This document shows, in pieces, positions 49,750-60,884 of a DNA stretch of 64,000 nt. Made by a program: the position numbers and the translations under genes. The first letter of the stretch is position 1. Every line of letters starts with the position of its first letter. The notes under the pieces are model-generated. The model worked only from the letters and a program-made list of their open reading frames with translations, had not been told where the DNA came from and made no database searches. The stretch is from the NCBI GenBank assembly GCA_001600815.1, contig BCKZ01000013.1, forward strand, positions 397,621 through 461,620. Reading direction: 5' to 3'. This DNA is from Alloascoidea hylecoeti (Eukaryota).

Positions 49750-50545
49750 CTTGTAATTGAACTTCATACGCCAGTAGAAATAGATTCAACCTCACCAATT
49801 GTACTGTGAACAGGTAAATTATGCTTGTTTGAGTATAGGTTATATCCTCTGAAGCTATAGTTGTTGTTCTATCGCTATTACTCCTAGCAGAGCTCGAAAC
49901 TATTGGAGTATGTGATCCTGAACTGTAGGAATTTTGTAGTTATATTTGACACAGGAGTAAGGGATTTAACTGTTGAACTTGAACTGGCAGATGAACTCAA
50001 ACTTGCTGGTGACCTCATTACATGATGATGACCAGCAAACTTGGGTGATAAATGGATTAAAGTGTAAGTAGCCAAACAAAACCCAGTAATTTCACCTTTC
50101 TTAGTAGTACTATATTTGATCAACAGTAACAGATTCGGCGCAACCCATTACAGGTTCGCGCACTATATTCTTGACCTCAGACATGAAATTAAAATCATCA
50201 GCGTTGCCGTACCTTCAAACTCATTAATTTCATCTGATGGTATAAATTACTGTAGTTTTACCAGAATTTTCGGGTCTGATGGACATAATAACACACCATC
50301 TGTATCTGGAGTAAATGCAATATGATACTTTATATTCTTGTAGCTTAATATCAACACTTTATTCGATATCCAAGGACATGGTTTGCATTATATACCAGCT
50401 CAACTGAACCAGCCGTTACCTCGGTTGAACAAATTTCAATTGTAGGTGGGCAATATGACTTCATGATGGCACAAGACTCTGCATTAACATCTGCTACTTT
50501 CGCAAGTAATATGACCACTGCTATTACAGTATTTTTATAATTCAA
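49750..50545 (-). pseudogene. Pseudogene paralog of the GPI cell-wall gene at 60885-62810, in inverted orientation
   Basis: ATG replaced by TTG; same AVVILLAKVADVNAESC...HVLGY sequence; then a stop-containing insertion, frameshifts and loss of most of the Ser/Thr stalk. Upstream DNA (about 50550-50850) also resembles 60680-60884. Confidence 0.9.
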
Positions 50546-51104
50546 TTTGCATTATAATTAACTAGATTTTGAATCTCTTATTTGATGTTTTGAAAAAGAG
50601 AAGACGAGATGTTTCTAGTCTTTTATAATAAATTCTTTGTTATACCATCGTCATGATCATGATTTCAAAATATATTTATCTGATATATTTTAGCTAGACA
50701 CGTCTTAATTATAAGATATAAAACGCAATATCGATAACAAACGGTGTAGCTGCACACATGCATATGTCGAAATTTCAACTAAACGTTAATCATAATTTAT
50801 ATATTATTAATGGGATCACATTTGAATGAAATGCCACATTCTTATTAGAATGAAAAGAAACAAAAATAAGATACTAATCTTCACATAATAATAATCTTCA
50901 TTTGTTACTGTTATCTGCTTGAATCTGTGTAAAGTTGAAATAATCCGTGTTTGGACATATTTTTTACGATCAAACGTAGTTGTGATCTATCTACAGCGCC
51001 GCCTAGTTTGACGATTTCTGGAATATGCTCTACTATATTATCTTCCTGAGTAATTGAAAGTGTATATTTTATTTTATTAACACATCCATTTAATTATAAA
51101 GTTA

Positions 51105-51507
51105 GGGAAGTCATAGAAGCACCGAAGTTTTTTGGAAACTTGTTACCGGTTTTATTGTTCAGCTGCGCATAAACGACATTATGCCATCTCAAATGTCAAT
51201 CCTCCTTTTTCAATTTTATTTTTTGATGGGTTGACTGAAATTAAGTTTTACACGAAACCACATCTTTGGAGTTGTATCCCCCCTTTTTCTATTAAAGTAT
51301 TCACAGTGTGTGTGTTGTCACATCACCAAGGTAGAATACACCTCCAAGAAGTACGACGCGTAAAACTTATTTTCTTTTTAGTCAACTCCATGCTAAAAAA
51401 TTAAAACGGGAATTGACGTTTGAGATAGCATAGTGCCATCGTTTATGAGCAGCTGAACTCTAAAGGTAACAAGTTTGGAAAAGACTTCGGTGCTTCTTTT
51501 TCTTCCC
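51105..51507. mobile_element. MITE with long (about 100 bp) imperfect TIRs, Mutator-like, 403 bp
   Basis: GGGAAG..AGAAGCACCGAAGT..AAACTTGTTACC..GTTCAGCTGC.CATAAACGA..ATCTCAAA.GTCAAT is mirrored at about 51410-51507. Flanks TAAAGTTA and TAAAGTAC resemble a degenerate target duplication. Confidence 0.75.
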
Positions 51508-52695
51508 TAAAGTACGCTATGTAATGGACTAATGCCACGGCCTTTTTAGATAAACATGATAATTGTTTTCAAGCCACCTCAGGTTCTTAGTTTGTACTAA
51601 TTCTTTTTAAAGGACAAACACAATATACAGTTGTAGTTCAAAATTAAAATGTTTCATCAAAAACAAAATATCGAACTGCTATAAATAATGGCGAATCTGT
51701 ATTTATACATATGAAATACGGCAACGAAATGTTTTTCGAGCAAATGGCGAATACATGAAAGTACAACGAAATGGTGGCATCCCGAAAACCATTTATTAAA
51801 TTTAAAGTGCTGAAAATACGCATACGAAAATCTATTCCTCAGTTGACCTCCTACAATGCCACAGGTGATTATGTTTCCCCTTTTTAATCAAAAGATATAC
51901 AGAATTCATGGTCTAAAGATCTCAGAGGTGATAAAAGGAATAAATGATTCATAGCGTGTTCAAATAGTGGATATAATTTTTACTACGCGTATATATGTGT
52001 GTGTACATAAAAAAAGAGGTTCTCTCCTTTAAAAAAGAAAAAACACTTTGAACTCCACTCATGTTAGATATTAAATTCGTAGATAGTTTTAAGAAACTGA
52101 TGATAGGGTCTCTAATTCTCCCGACACATACGTTGGAGGATATCACAAGCTTTTGATGTTTCTTATTTCTCTCCTTTGAAAAGATATTTACACATTAGAG
52201 GGGTCTAAACTTTTACTTAACAAAGTATCCATCATAACGATTGATTTCTAGAAGACAAGTTTTTTTATATAATGAAATAACACTTGATATTGCCACACAT
52301 AAAAAATACTTGCAGTTAATGGTTAATCAGACAGTGTGTGATGTCAGCGGGAAAGAATGAGGTGACTAGGACTTATGTCATAGAACTAGTGGTCTGGTAT
52401 TGGAGGCACTTTACTCATGTATCAGATCACAACTTGAGCAGTGGTTTACCTACAAATATGAAAAAGACTTCGGCGTGGTAGTTAACCGGCGTAACAGAAA
52501 TCGTTTTAATTCATCCTCGTGATACCGTAGATCTAGTAAAAATATCAAGGGCCGTTTTTTTTAAAGCTTGCAAATTAATATAAACATTACTCTTTTAAAT
52601 ATTTAAATTTTAATAAAAAAAGGGGGTATAGGGGGTTTTGAAACTCAAATAAAGTTACCGTTATGAGGTATAGTACCTTTTTTCAAAATATTCTA

Positions 52696-52920
52696 GTCTT
52701 CTGTGGATTTTGACCTTTTTTAGGACGTAAACGAAAAACGTCCAACTGCTATTAGATATCGGGAATGGTTTTGATCATAGCCAAAAACGAAAATAAAAGA
52801 AATTATTAAATTATATACTAAAATTATGAGAAAAAATAACAATAAATGTTTTATTAATTATACTGGGAATCAATGGTGTTGTCTTTATACTCGGGATTTT
52901 GTGAAATGAGTTTATACGAG
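52696..52920 (+). repeat. Left terminal inverted repeat (paired part, about 225 bp)
   Basis: Reverse complement of 59615-59841. The inner about 150 bp are identical; the outer about 75 bp carry mismatches. Confidence 0.95.
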
Positions 52921-54364
52921 AGGGAGAGGGAAAATTTTCATGTTTAAATTTAATATCTATAATAAATATATGAAAATTTTATATTGAATTATACCAGATT
53001 TAAATATTAATAGAGATACTGTTGTCTTAGGGTTATATAAGAAGAATAGATTAGTAGATTATAGGGTTAAGTACTCGACATTATCTTATAATTATGGTGG
53101 TACTAGTATATACAATAAACGGTTTTATTCTACTTCAGGAGATATTATAAGACCTATAGAGTATAAAGAACCTTTAGGATTTATACCTAAAAATATAATA
53201 AATGTTTACTTCGATTTAGAAGGTAAAAACCTAGATAATTTATATGATAATATAGGAAAAGACTTAAAACCAGGAAATAAGTATGCATTTTTAATAAAGA
53301 TTAAAAGAGGTGAAGGAGGAATAGGAATAGCACATACACATACTACTTTTTCTTATAATAGCCATTTAGATTTTGAAGAAAAATTTAACACATTTTATTT
53401 AGAAGTTAAAGAAATAATAGAAGAATTTATTAAAGAATATAATGATTGTGAAGTATTGTATATACAATTTATGTATATAACGATTAGATCATTTCCTGAT
53501 CTAGAGCTAAAGAATATCAATAAATTAAAATTAAACAAGGGAATGTTAAATATAAGAGAAACTAAAAAAACATTTAATAATTTAACTCTACCGTTAACTA
53601 CAAACTTTTATTATTACGGTGAAAAATTATATAAAACTACAAATAAATTAGGTTATATAGAAACAGTAATGATATGAGGGTCTAACTTTATAGATTTGGT
53701 TAAAGATAAAAGTCATTTGATAAATAAAAAAGTAAATGGATCATATGATGTTGATTTTTATTTGTATAAGAATAAACAAGGTAATAATTATGTTATAGTT
53801 GTTAAAATCTTAGATGATAAAACACATATTAAAGAAGTAATATCTATGAACGGATTATCTCTAACTTTAGCTTATGATGATATAATAATCAAAGATATAG
53901 AATTTAAACGTAAAATAGGGAGTACTAGTTTATATATAAAAAATAATAAAGTGACCATGTATGATGTAGAAGAACATTTACCTATTATTAAACCTAGTAA
54001 AGTTCCATTTAAAACAGCTACTAATACCAATATAGGTACTTTAGATGTAGAATCATATTTTAACGAAGAAAACAATCAATCGTATGTTTACGCTTTAGGA
54101 TTTAAAGTATATAAACAAAACCCTGAGTTATTTTATATCAACGAAAATCAAACTAGTGAAAATTTAATTATAACGTGTATAAACGCTATGTTAAAAAATA
54201 GATATAACGGATTTATATTTTATGTTAGATTAACAATTAGTATAAAAACCAAATCAGGAACAATAAAAATAACACTAGTAGATTCTTATAATTTACTACA
54301 ACATAGTCTAGATTCTTTATGTAAAAACTTTGAAACAGAAGTAGTTAAAGGAATATTCCCATAT

Positions 54365-55112
54365 GATCTACATTATATAATGTTACTCGTTATTTATTAT
54401 CTACCAAGAAGGAAGGTATCGTATTATCTTATAATAAAGATAACATTGAAGATAAAGTAACAGTTTTTGTAGATTCGGACAAATCGGGAGATTCCAGTNG
54501 CAAAAGCACTTCTGGTGTTATTTTAATGGTTAATGGAAACATTATAGGATGGGCATCCCGCAGACAATCTGCTATCACAAAGTCTGCATCAGAATCAGAG
54601 TTACTAGCATTAGACTACGCTTGTGAAATGATTGATAAATTAATGAATTTATTGAAGTTTGTCTATGGTGAAGATATAAAAATTGATTATATGGAAGACA
54701 ATTCTACGGTAATTAAATGGGCAANTAATCCAGTATCTAAAGGAAGAAATTACCACATTGATACAAGAATAAAATATATTCGTAACAGGTTGTTTTTGAA
54801 TCAACACTTTGAATCTATCAAGAAAGTGCCAACTGAAGACAATTATTCAGATATTCTTACGAAACCAGTAAGTGGAAACACATTTAATAAACTGAAAAGT
54901 TACCTTATAAAATAGATATGAATAAGGTAAAGAAGGAGTGTTGGGTATTGAGCTTTGTGGGGTATTAAGCTTTGTTGAATTCTATATTATGCAGATCAAT
55001 ATGCAGTATTTACTATATAGTTAGCCATTTCCACTTGTTTTGACAAGAGAGATATATATACAATAATAAAAACAGATAATAACCAAGTTCCAAAGATGTC
55101 AGATATCAAACA
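54365..55112 (+). mobile_element. 5'-truncated Ty1/copia retrotransposon fragment (RNase H, PPT, 3' LTR) nested in the plasmid DNA polymerase
   Basis: Frame from 54367: TRYLLSTKKEGI...FVDSDKSGD...KSTSG...GWASRRQ...SASESELLA...EDNS...HIDTRIKYIR...VPTEDNYSDILTKP, stop at 54915. Purine tract AAAGAAGGAG 54929-54938. Confidence 0.92.
54939..55112 (+). repeat. Putative 3' LTR (174 bp)
   Basis: Starts TGTTG directly after the polypurine tract and ends ...TCAAACA, a few bases before the polymerase frame resumes (IGDTPS at 55119). Confidence 0.7.
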
Positions 55113-56688
55113 TATAATATAGGAGATACCCCATCTAAACATTATTTTAAAAACATAACCGATAAAGAGTATGAATTAATAAATAAATCAGATTGAGATA
55201 TAAAAAAAGAAACACTATACTATCTAAGTAATGGAGGTTATGGATAAATTTAATAAATATATATTTAAAACGTATGATATACAAATAACAGATTCTTTAA
55301 CAATATCTAGATTATCTTTAAACATTTATTTATCTCATTATTTAGGAGAAAGTAAAATACCTTTAATAAACAAACCTGATATATATAATTTTGTTAAACT
55401 AGGATATTATGGAGGTATTACAGAGGTGTATAAACCTTTCTGTGAAAAAGGAAATTATTATGATGTTAATTCAGAATATCCTTACGTATCTAAAGGAACA
55501 TTACCTGGAAACGAGTGTAAATATATAGAAGATTTTACAGGTTTAGGACTGGATTTAGATAAATTGTTTGGGTTTTTTTACTGTAAAATAAAAACTAACA
55601 ATGGGTATTTAGGTTTATTACCTTTGCATATAAATGGAAGTTTAATACTACCTAATGGTGAATTTTATGGTGTTTGATTTAGTGAAGAACTAAAATTTGC
55701 TAAAGAAAATGGGTACGATATTACGGTTTTAAAAGGATATAACTTCAATAGAATAGATAACGTATTTAACAAATATGTAGATGAGTTATATGAAATACGT
55801 TCTAAGAGTTTTGGAGTTCAAAAAGCTGTGACAAAAATGCTTTTAAATGCTCCTTTCGGTAGATTTGGTATGTCTATCTTTAAACCTATAACAGAATTTG
55901 TTAATAGAGAAAAATTAGATTTTATATTATCTACACATGAAGTAAAATCTTTAGTAGAGATAAATCAAGATAATTTTTTATTAACATATAATCCTGAAAT
56001 ATCCAAAACAGTTTGTGTGAAATCCGGATTGAATTACATTAAAGTTTTGAATATTAATAAAAAAGATATAGAAAATAATAGTAAATTTAAAGATGTATCT
56101 ATCACTACATCCGCAGCTATAACTTCTTATGCTCGTATTTATATGAATAAAGTTAAAGTATGAATACTATCAAATAAAGGATTAATATTTTATATGGACA
56201 CTGACAGTATTGTCACTAATTTAACGTTACCTAATGAATTATTAGGTGATCTAATAGGTCTATTCAAACTTGAATACAAAATAGAAAAAGGTTACTTTAT
56301 ATCTGCTAAAACCTATTGTATTAAAACTGTAGAAGGTGTTGTTATTAAAAAAGCTAAAGGTGTATACAGTAGTAGTCTGAATTTAAAAGACTATGTTGAT
56401 ATGTATTTAAATAAACAAGATGTCTTAGCTGAAAAAAATTATAGTATTATTAATTATAATAAAGGTTCAGTTAATATTGATACTAAAGAAACTATATTAC
56501 ATCATGATGCTTACACTAAAAGAGAAAAAGTATATAATTCTAATGGTAAGTGGATAGATACTAAACCCTTAGTATATAAAGTAGATAGTAATAATAATTT
56601 GTATAAAGTATAAAGGTTTTTTTTTCATGTAAAATGAGATATAAACAAAAAATAAAAAGAAAACAAAACAAACAATCTTTTTTTTTTA

Positions 56689-56734
56689 CACAAATATAAT
56701 ACCCCCAAATATTATGTTTGTGGTTTTTTTTTTT
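56689..56734 (+). terminator. Hairpin plus T-run between the convergent plasmid genes
   Basis: CACAAATATAATA / TATTATGTTTGTG stem (12 of 13 Watson-Crick, one G-U) followed by a run of about 11 T. Confidence 0.4.
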
Positions 56735-56926
56735 AACAGCGTTAAGCTATGGAGGTGGGAAAAAAGGTTTAAGATTTATCCTTTTTTATCTTAAAGAACA
56801 GTAAACTAAAAAGATATGTAGTATTAAATTATATCGTACATAAATCAAGATTTTAGTTACATGCTTTATATATGTTATATACTGTGTGTTTTACAATTCA
56901 CTTATTATTTAAACATATTTAACGAG

Positions 56927-59709
56927 TTAATTAATAATATAAGCACTTTTTTTGACTAAAGAAATATCATAACCTTCAGATAATACTTTAGATATATCAG
57001 GATATCTAATAACTTTACGGTCTGATAGATAAATTTCTAGTTTATCTACATCGAAATCATCACCTATATGATTTTTTATATGATTAATAATATCTTCATT
57101 TAGTTTATGTAAATATCCTTTATCTGTATATAAAGATGTATATGTGATCTTTAAATTATTAATAATAAAAGACATATTATTAGCTGTAACAGCAAAAAAA
57201 TCATGGATAGCATAAATGTTTTTAGAGTCAGATCTATTTTTAAAATAATTATTTATTAACATAAACAATGAAGCAGCATCTAGAGAATGAATCAAATTAG
57301 GCATAAAAGCCCTTTTTTGTTTAGGACCGTCAAATTTATTTTTATTAGGTACTTTAATCCTGAAAGTATTATGACTATAGTTAAGAGGTTTTAATCTAGT
57401 ATCCTTTAATTCCATATAACTTTGTTTAGCTACCAGTCCTGTTGGTAAAGTTCATGGTATGGATATTCCTAATTTAGTACAAATATTTGCAACCTCTTTT
57501 AAGTAGTTAGTTAAATGCTCTAAAGAAGGGAATACACTATATATTATATACATAAGAGCTTTATATAAATGTATAAAATCACGAGATTCTAGTTTAATAT
57601 TATGATCATTTTTATATCTATATCAAATCATATTAACCTTATATTTTTTTAAATTCTCTTCACGCTCTACATATTCTTGAGAGTTCATTAATTCATTAAC
57701 TTCATTTAAAGAAGTGGTTAATTCTAAATCAAATTCAAAAGAATCTTTTAAATACTTAATCCCTTGAATAGAAGATACATTATAAGGTATAGTCATTATA
57801 GCTTGTTTTAAAACACTTCTATGTATACATAAATCTTTAAGTCTAATATAACTTTCTCTATCTTTATTTTTTATATTTTTTTTTTTCAATTGTGTTTCGA
57901 AATAATTACTAATAAACCCTAATACATATGTATAAAAATCGTCTGGAACATCTTTTCATGTTGATTCTTTTAAATTTAATTGTTTGGCTAAAGAAGAGTT
58001 AAGCCCTAACATTGCTAGATGTTGATATCCGTTACATGTAGCATCTAGCTGTATAGGTAAATAAGTTACAAAATAAGTAGAATTACTATTATCTAAACAA
58101 TCTAATCATCTATTATATTCAAAACAAAATGCAATGAATAATAATTTATTTTCAGCTTGGTGTAATAGCACACCATTTTTAAAATTACGTATGTTATCTA
58201 TATTATCATTAACTCAACTCAATCTATCTATAGCTGATTTTTTATCTAATTTATTACCGAAACAATTAGCTCCAAACAATTTTAAGTAATCTATAGAGCT
58301 AGTATCTGTTTTCAATATTTTCTCACCATTACTAAACAATAACAACGCTTTAGCTAGTTCGGATCCTTGATAATTTAAGTAATCTGTAGTACAGTACATT
58401 CTACCTCTATAGTCTAATCTAACCGGTATATAAAATTCAAGTACATTTTCATATACATCTACTATAGCTAAAATGTTTTCTTGTACATGTTTTTTACTTA
58501 AAAAACTCTCTAACTCTAATTTTTGTCTATTGTTATATTTTCATGTTCATGTGTTGTATTTATCATTGTAAGACCATACTCATAATCATATAACCTAATA
58601 AAATCTAATACATCTTTATTTATTTTATATTTTACTGAGGCTATGTTATTAGCTCCATCATATATTACATTCATATTTTTAATTTCAGAGTGGGTTTTCA
58701 ATCTTCAGTTTTGTATAATTAATTCATCACACGTCAATTCATCATTTAACAAATACCCTCCTAATCGTTCTATAATTTTACCATCTTTACTAATCTCTCT
58801 AACATATGGTTTAGGTTTTACCAACATATAGGTAATTTTTTAGGTAAATTTAAGGGTTTTAATTTATAAATTAAAGGGACTATTCTTTTAGTTACTTTAA
58901 TCACATTTAGATTTTGTTTTGAGTATTCTAATGATCTAATTAAATCTATTTCTAATATATCTATTTCTCGCATTCAATCTATTAATAATAAATCCAAATC
59001 ATTAGTATACATTTCTACAATACCTTTATTTTCTTTCCTTCAATCACTCATAGAGTACTTAGAAGAGTACAACTTTTTACTTTTTTCTTTTAAATATAAA
59101 ACATAAAAATAATTTTGTACTGTTTGTTTCCCTAGATCTCCAAAAATATTTATACAATTATTATCTTCTTGTTTAGGATTATTAATTAAAACTAAAAACT
59201 TTCCTAATAAAATGCTAACTATAAAGTCTGTTGATACTTCATTTAATATTATACTCATATAATAATGAGCTTTGTACAGTTTCTTTTATATTTTCTACGT
59301 TGTATATATTATCTATTTTTCTTCTTTTAAAATTATTTATTAAAATAAATAAATCTTCACTGCTTTTTATTAACATTTCTTTTAATTGTTTGTTTAAACT
59401 TGATATAATTTCATATGTTTTTAAACCCTTATCTTCGTCATATTTAGATAAATTAAACAATAACTTCTCTATTTTAATTTGAGTTTCCTTATTAATAGGA
59501 TTGTTATCTATTATGTTTTTAACTTCTATGAACAATATATTTTTATTTAAATCTTTTCTTTTATATGATTGATTATAGAATTCTCGTATACTGTAGTGGT
59601 ATAAAGGAGAAAAGCTCGTATAAACTCATTTCACAAAATCCCGAGTATAAAGACAACACCATTGATTCCCAGTATAATTAATAAAACATTTATTGTTATT
59701 TTTTCTCAT
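56927..59709 (-). pseudogene. rpo: Single-subunit T3/T7-like RNA polymerase of the linear plasmid (TGA=Trp), frameshifted
   Basis: LP/MLVKPKPY, GGYLLN, LDYRGRMY, YQGSELAKALL, motif A QLDATCNGYQH, motif B RSVLKQAIMTIPYN, W(TGA)TLPTGL, PNLIHSLDA, motif C AIHDFF. Frameshifts near 59270, 58828 and 58520; continuous from about 58520 to 56927. Confidence 0.95.
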
Positions 59710-59841
59710 AATTTTAGTATATAATTTAATAATTTCTTTTATTTTCGTTTTTGGCTATGATCAAAAACATTCACGATATCTAATAGCTGGGGGACGTTTT
59801 TCGTTAAGGTCCTAAAAAACGGTCAAAATCCGAAAGAAGAC
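59615..59841 (-). repeat. Right terminal inverted repeat
   Basis: Reverse complement of 52696-52920. Confidence 0.95.
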
Positions 59842-60884
59842 ATATATATTATGTTACTGTTTCCTTTACCACGTTACTGCTACTTCTGTATTTCAGTATT
59901 ATTATAGTGTATTACTATATTTATGTATACTATCAATATATATTCAATGATTTAAGAATCCCTATGCATATACACATGTTTTTAACCTTCCTTAATTGAC
60001 CATTTATCCTATAGTTCAAGTTTAACTATATAATATTTAAGACAAAACGTATATACTACTTTAGTTCAGGATGTATTATAATTTCATATGTCATAGGCAT
60101 TTTCTTGTTAGCTTCTGTCATTCAAGGTAATTATGACCGTGCAACTGATTACTTTTTTCATTTCATTATATTATTGTATATGCATATGTTGGTATAAAAA
60201 TTTCATATGTTAGAATAAGAGATGCTAGTGTTAGTTTCTACGTTTGCTCTTAGTTTTACTGCTCCTATTTAGTTTAAGTTAGTTCATGGTTTCTTTTCTC
60301 GCTATTTCTCTTGCGTGTTCACAGTCTGATAACTTTTCCCAAGATCTCCACGTGATACTTTCCATATCTGTGCATATGCGCGCATTATCAAAGATTACTC
60401 TACTGATCCGAGAACTGTTCAAATATAATTAAATCATTATATATAACAATTATATATAAAATTATATAAAACTATATAAAATTACACAAACGCCCAACAA
60501 CCAAGAAAAACTTAAAAATTTCTACAGACAATAATATTATGGATCACCATCTTCGGATGAGCAAAGATATAAGTTATAGTGAGTAAGCACTGAGCAGATG
60601 GAATAAAAAAAATTATATATTATATGGTATTACATATAGTTATAAATTTAAACTTTGCATTTGTATTTTTCGGCGCTAATTATAGTGTGGCATTTCCATT
60701 AAATGTGATGCCACTAATAATAAATATAATTAACATTTAGCTACACATGTGCACGCTGCAGCTACACCGTTATAATAGAATTTTAAATGATGATATAACA
60801 AAATATTTATAAAAGACTAGAAACCCTCCGTCTTTTATTTTTCAAGCCATCAAATAAGAAAAGCAATATCTAATTAGAATACAT

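Larger units (their letters stand above)
52826..56613 (+). pseudogene. dpo: Protein-primed family B DNA polymerase of the linear plasmid (TGA=Trp), disrupted
   Basis: Open from ATG 52826 to about 54364 if TGA=Trp. Exo I TLDVESY, DSYNLL, KGIFPY; after the insertion IGDTPS, GYYGGITEVYKP, motif A YYDVNSEYP, W(TGA)FSEEL, motif B KMLLNAPFGRFGM, AAITSYARI, motif C YMDTDS, KTY. Frameshift near 55232. Confidence 0.95.
52696..59841. mobile_element. Integrated linear mitochondrial plasmid (invertron) with TIRs and convergent DNA and RNA polymerase genes
   Basis: TIRs at both ends; pPolB on +, T7-like RNAP on -; in-frame TGA at Trp positions. This is the architecture of fungal mitochondrial linear plasmids. 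Confidence 0.95.

Noticed and set aside
52826..59709. Cytoplasmic killer plasmid (pGKL-type), Polinton or phage origin for the polymerase pair
   Set aside because: TGA=Trp usage and a single-subunit T7-like RNAP, with no capping enzyme, toxin, capsid or integrase genes, fit mitochondrial plasmids.
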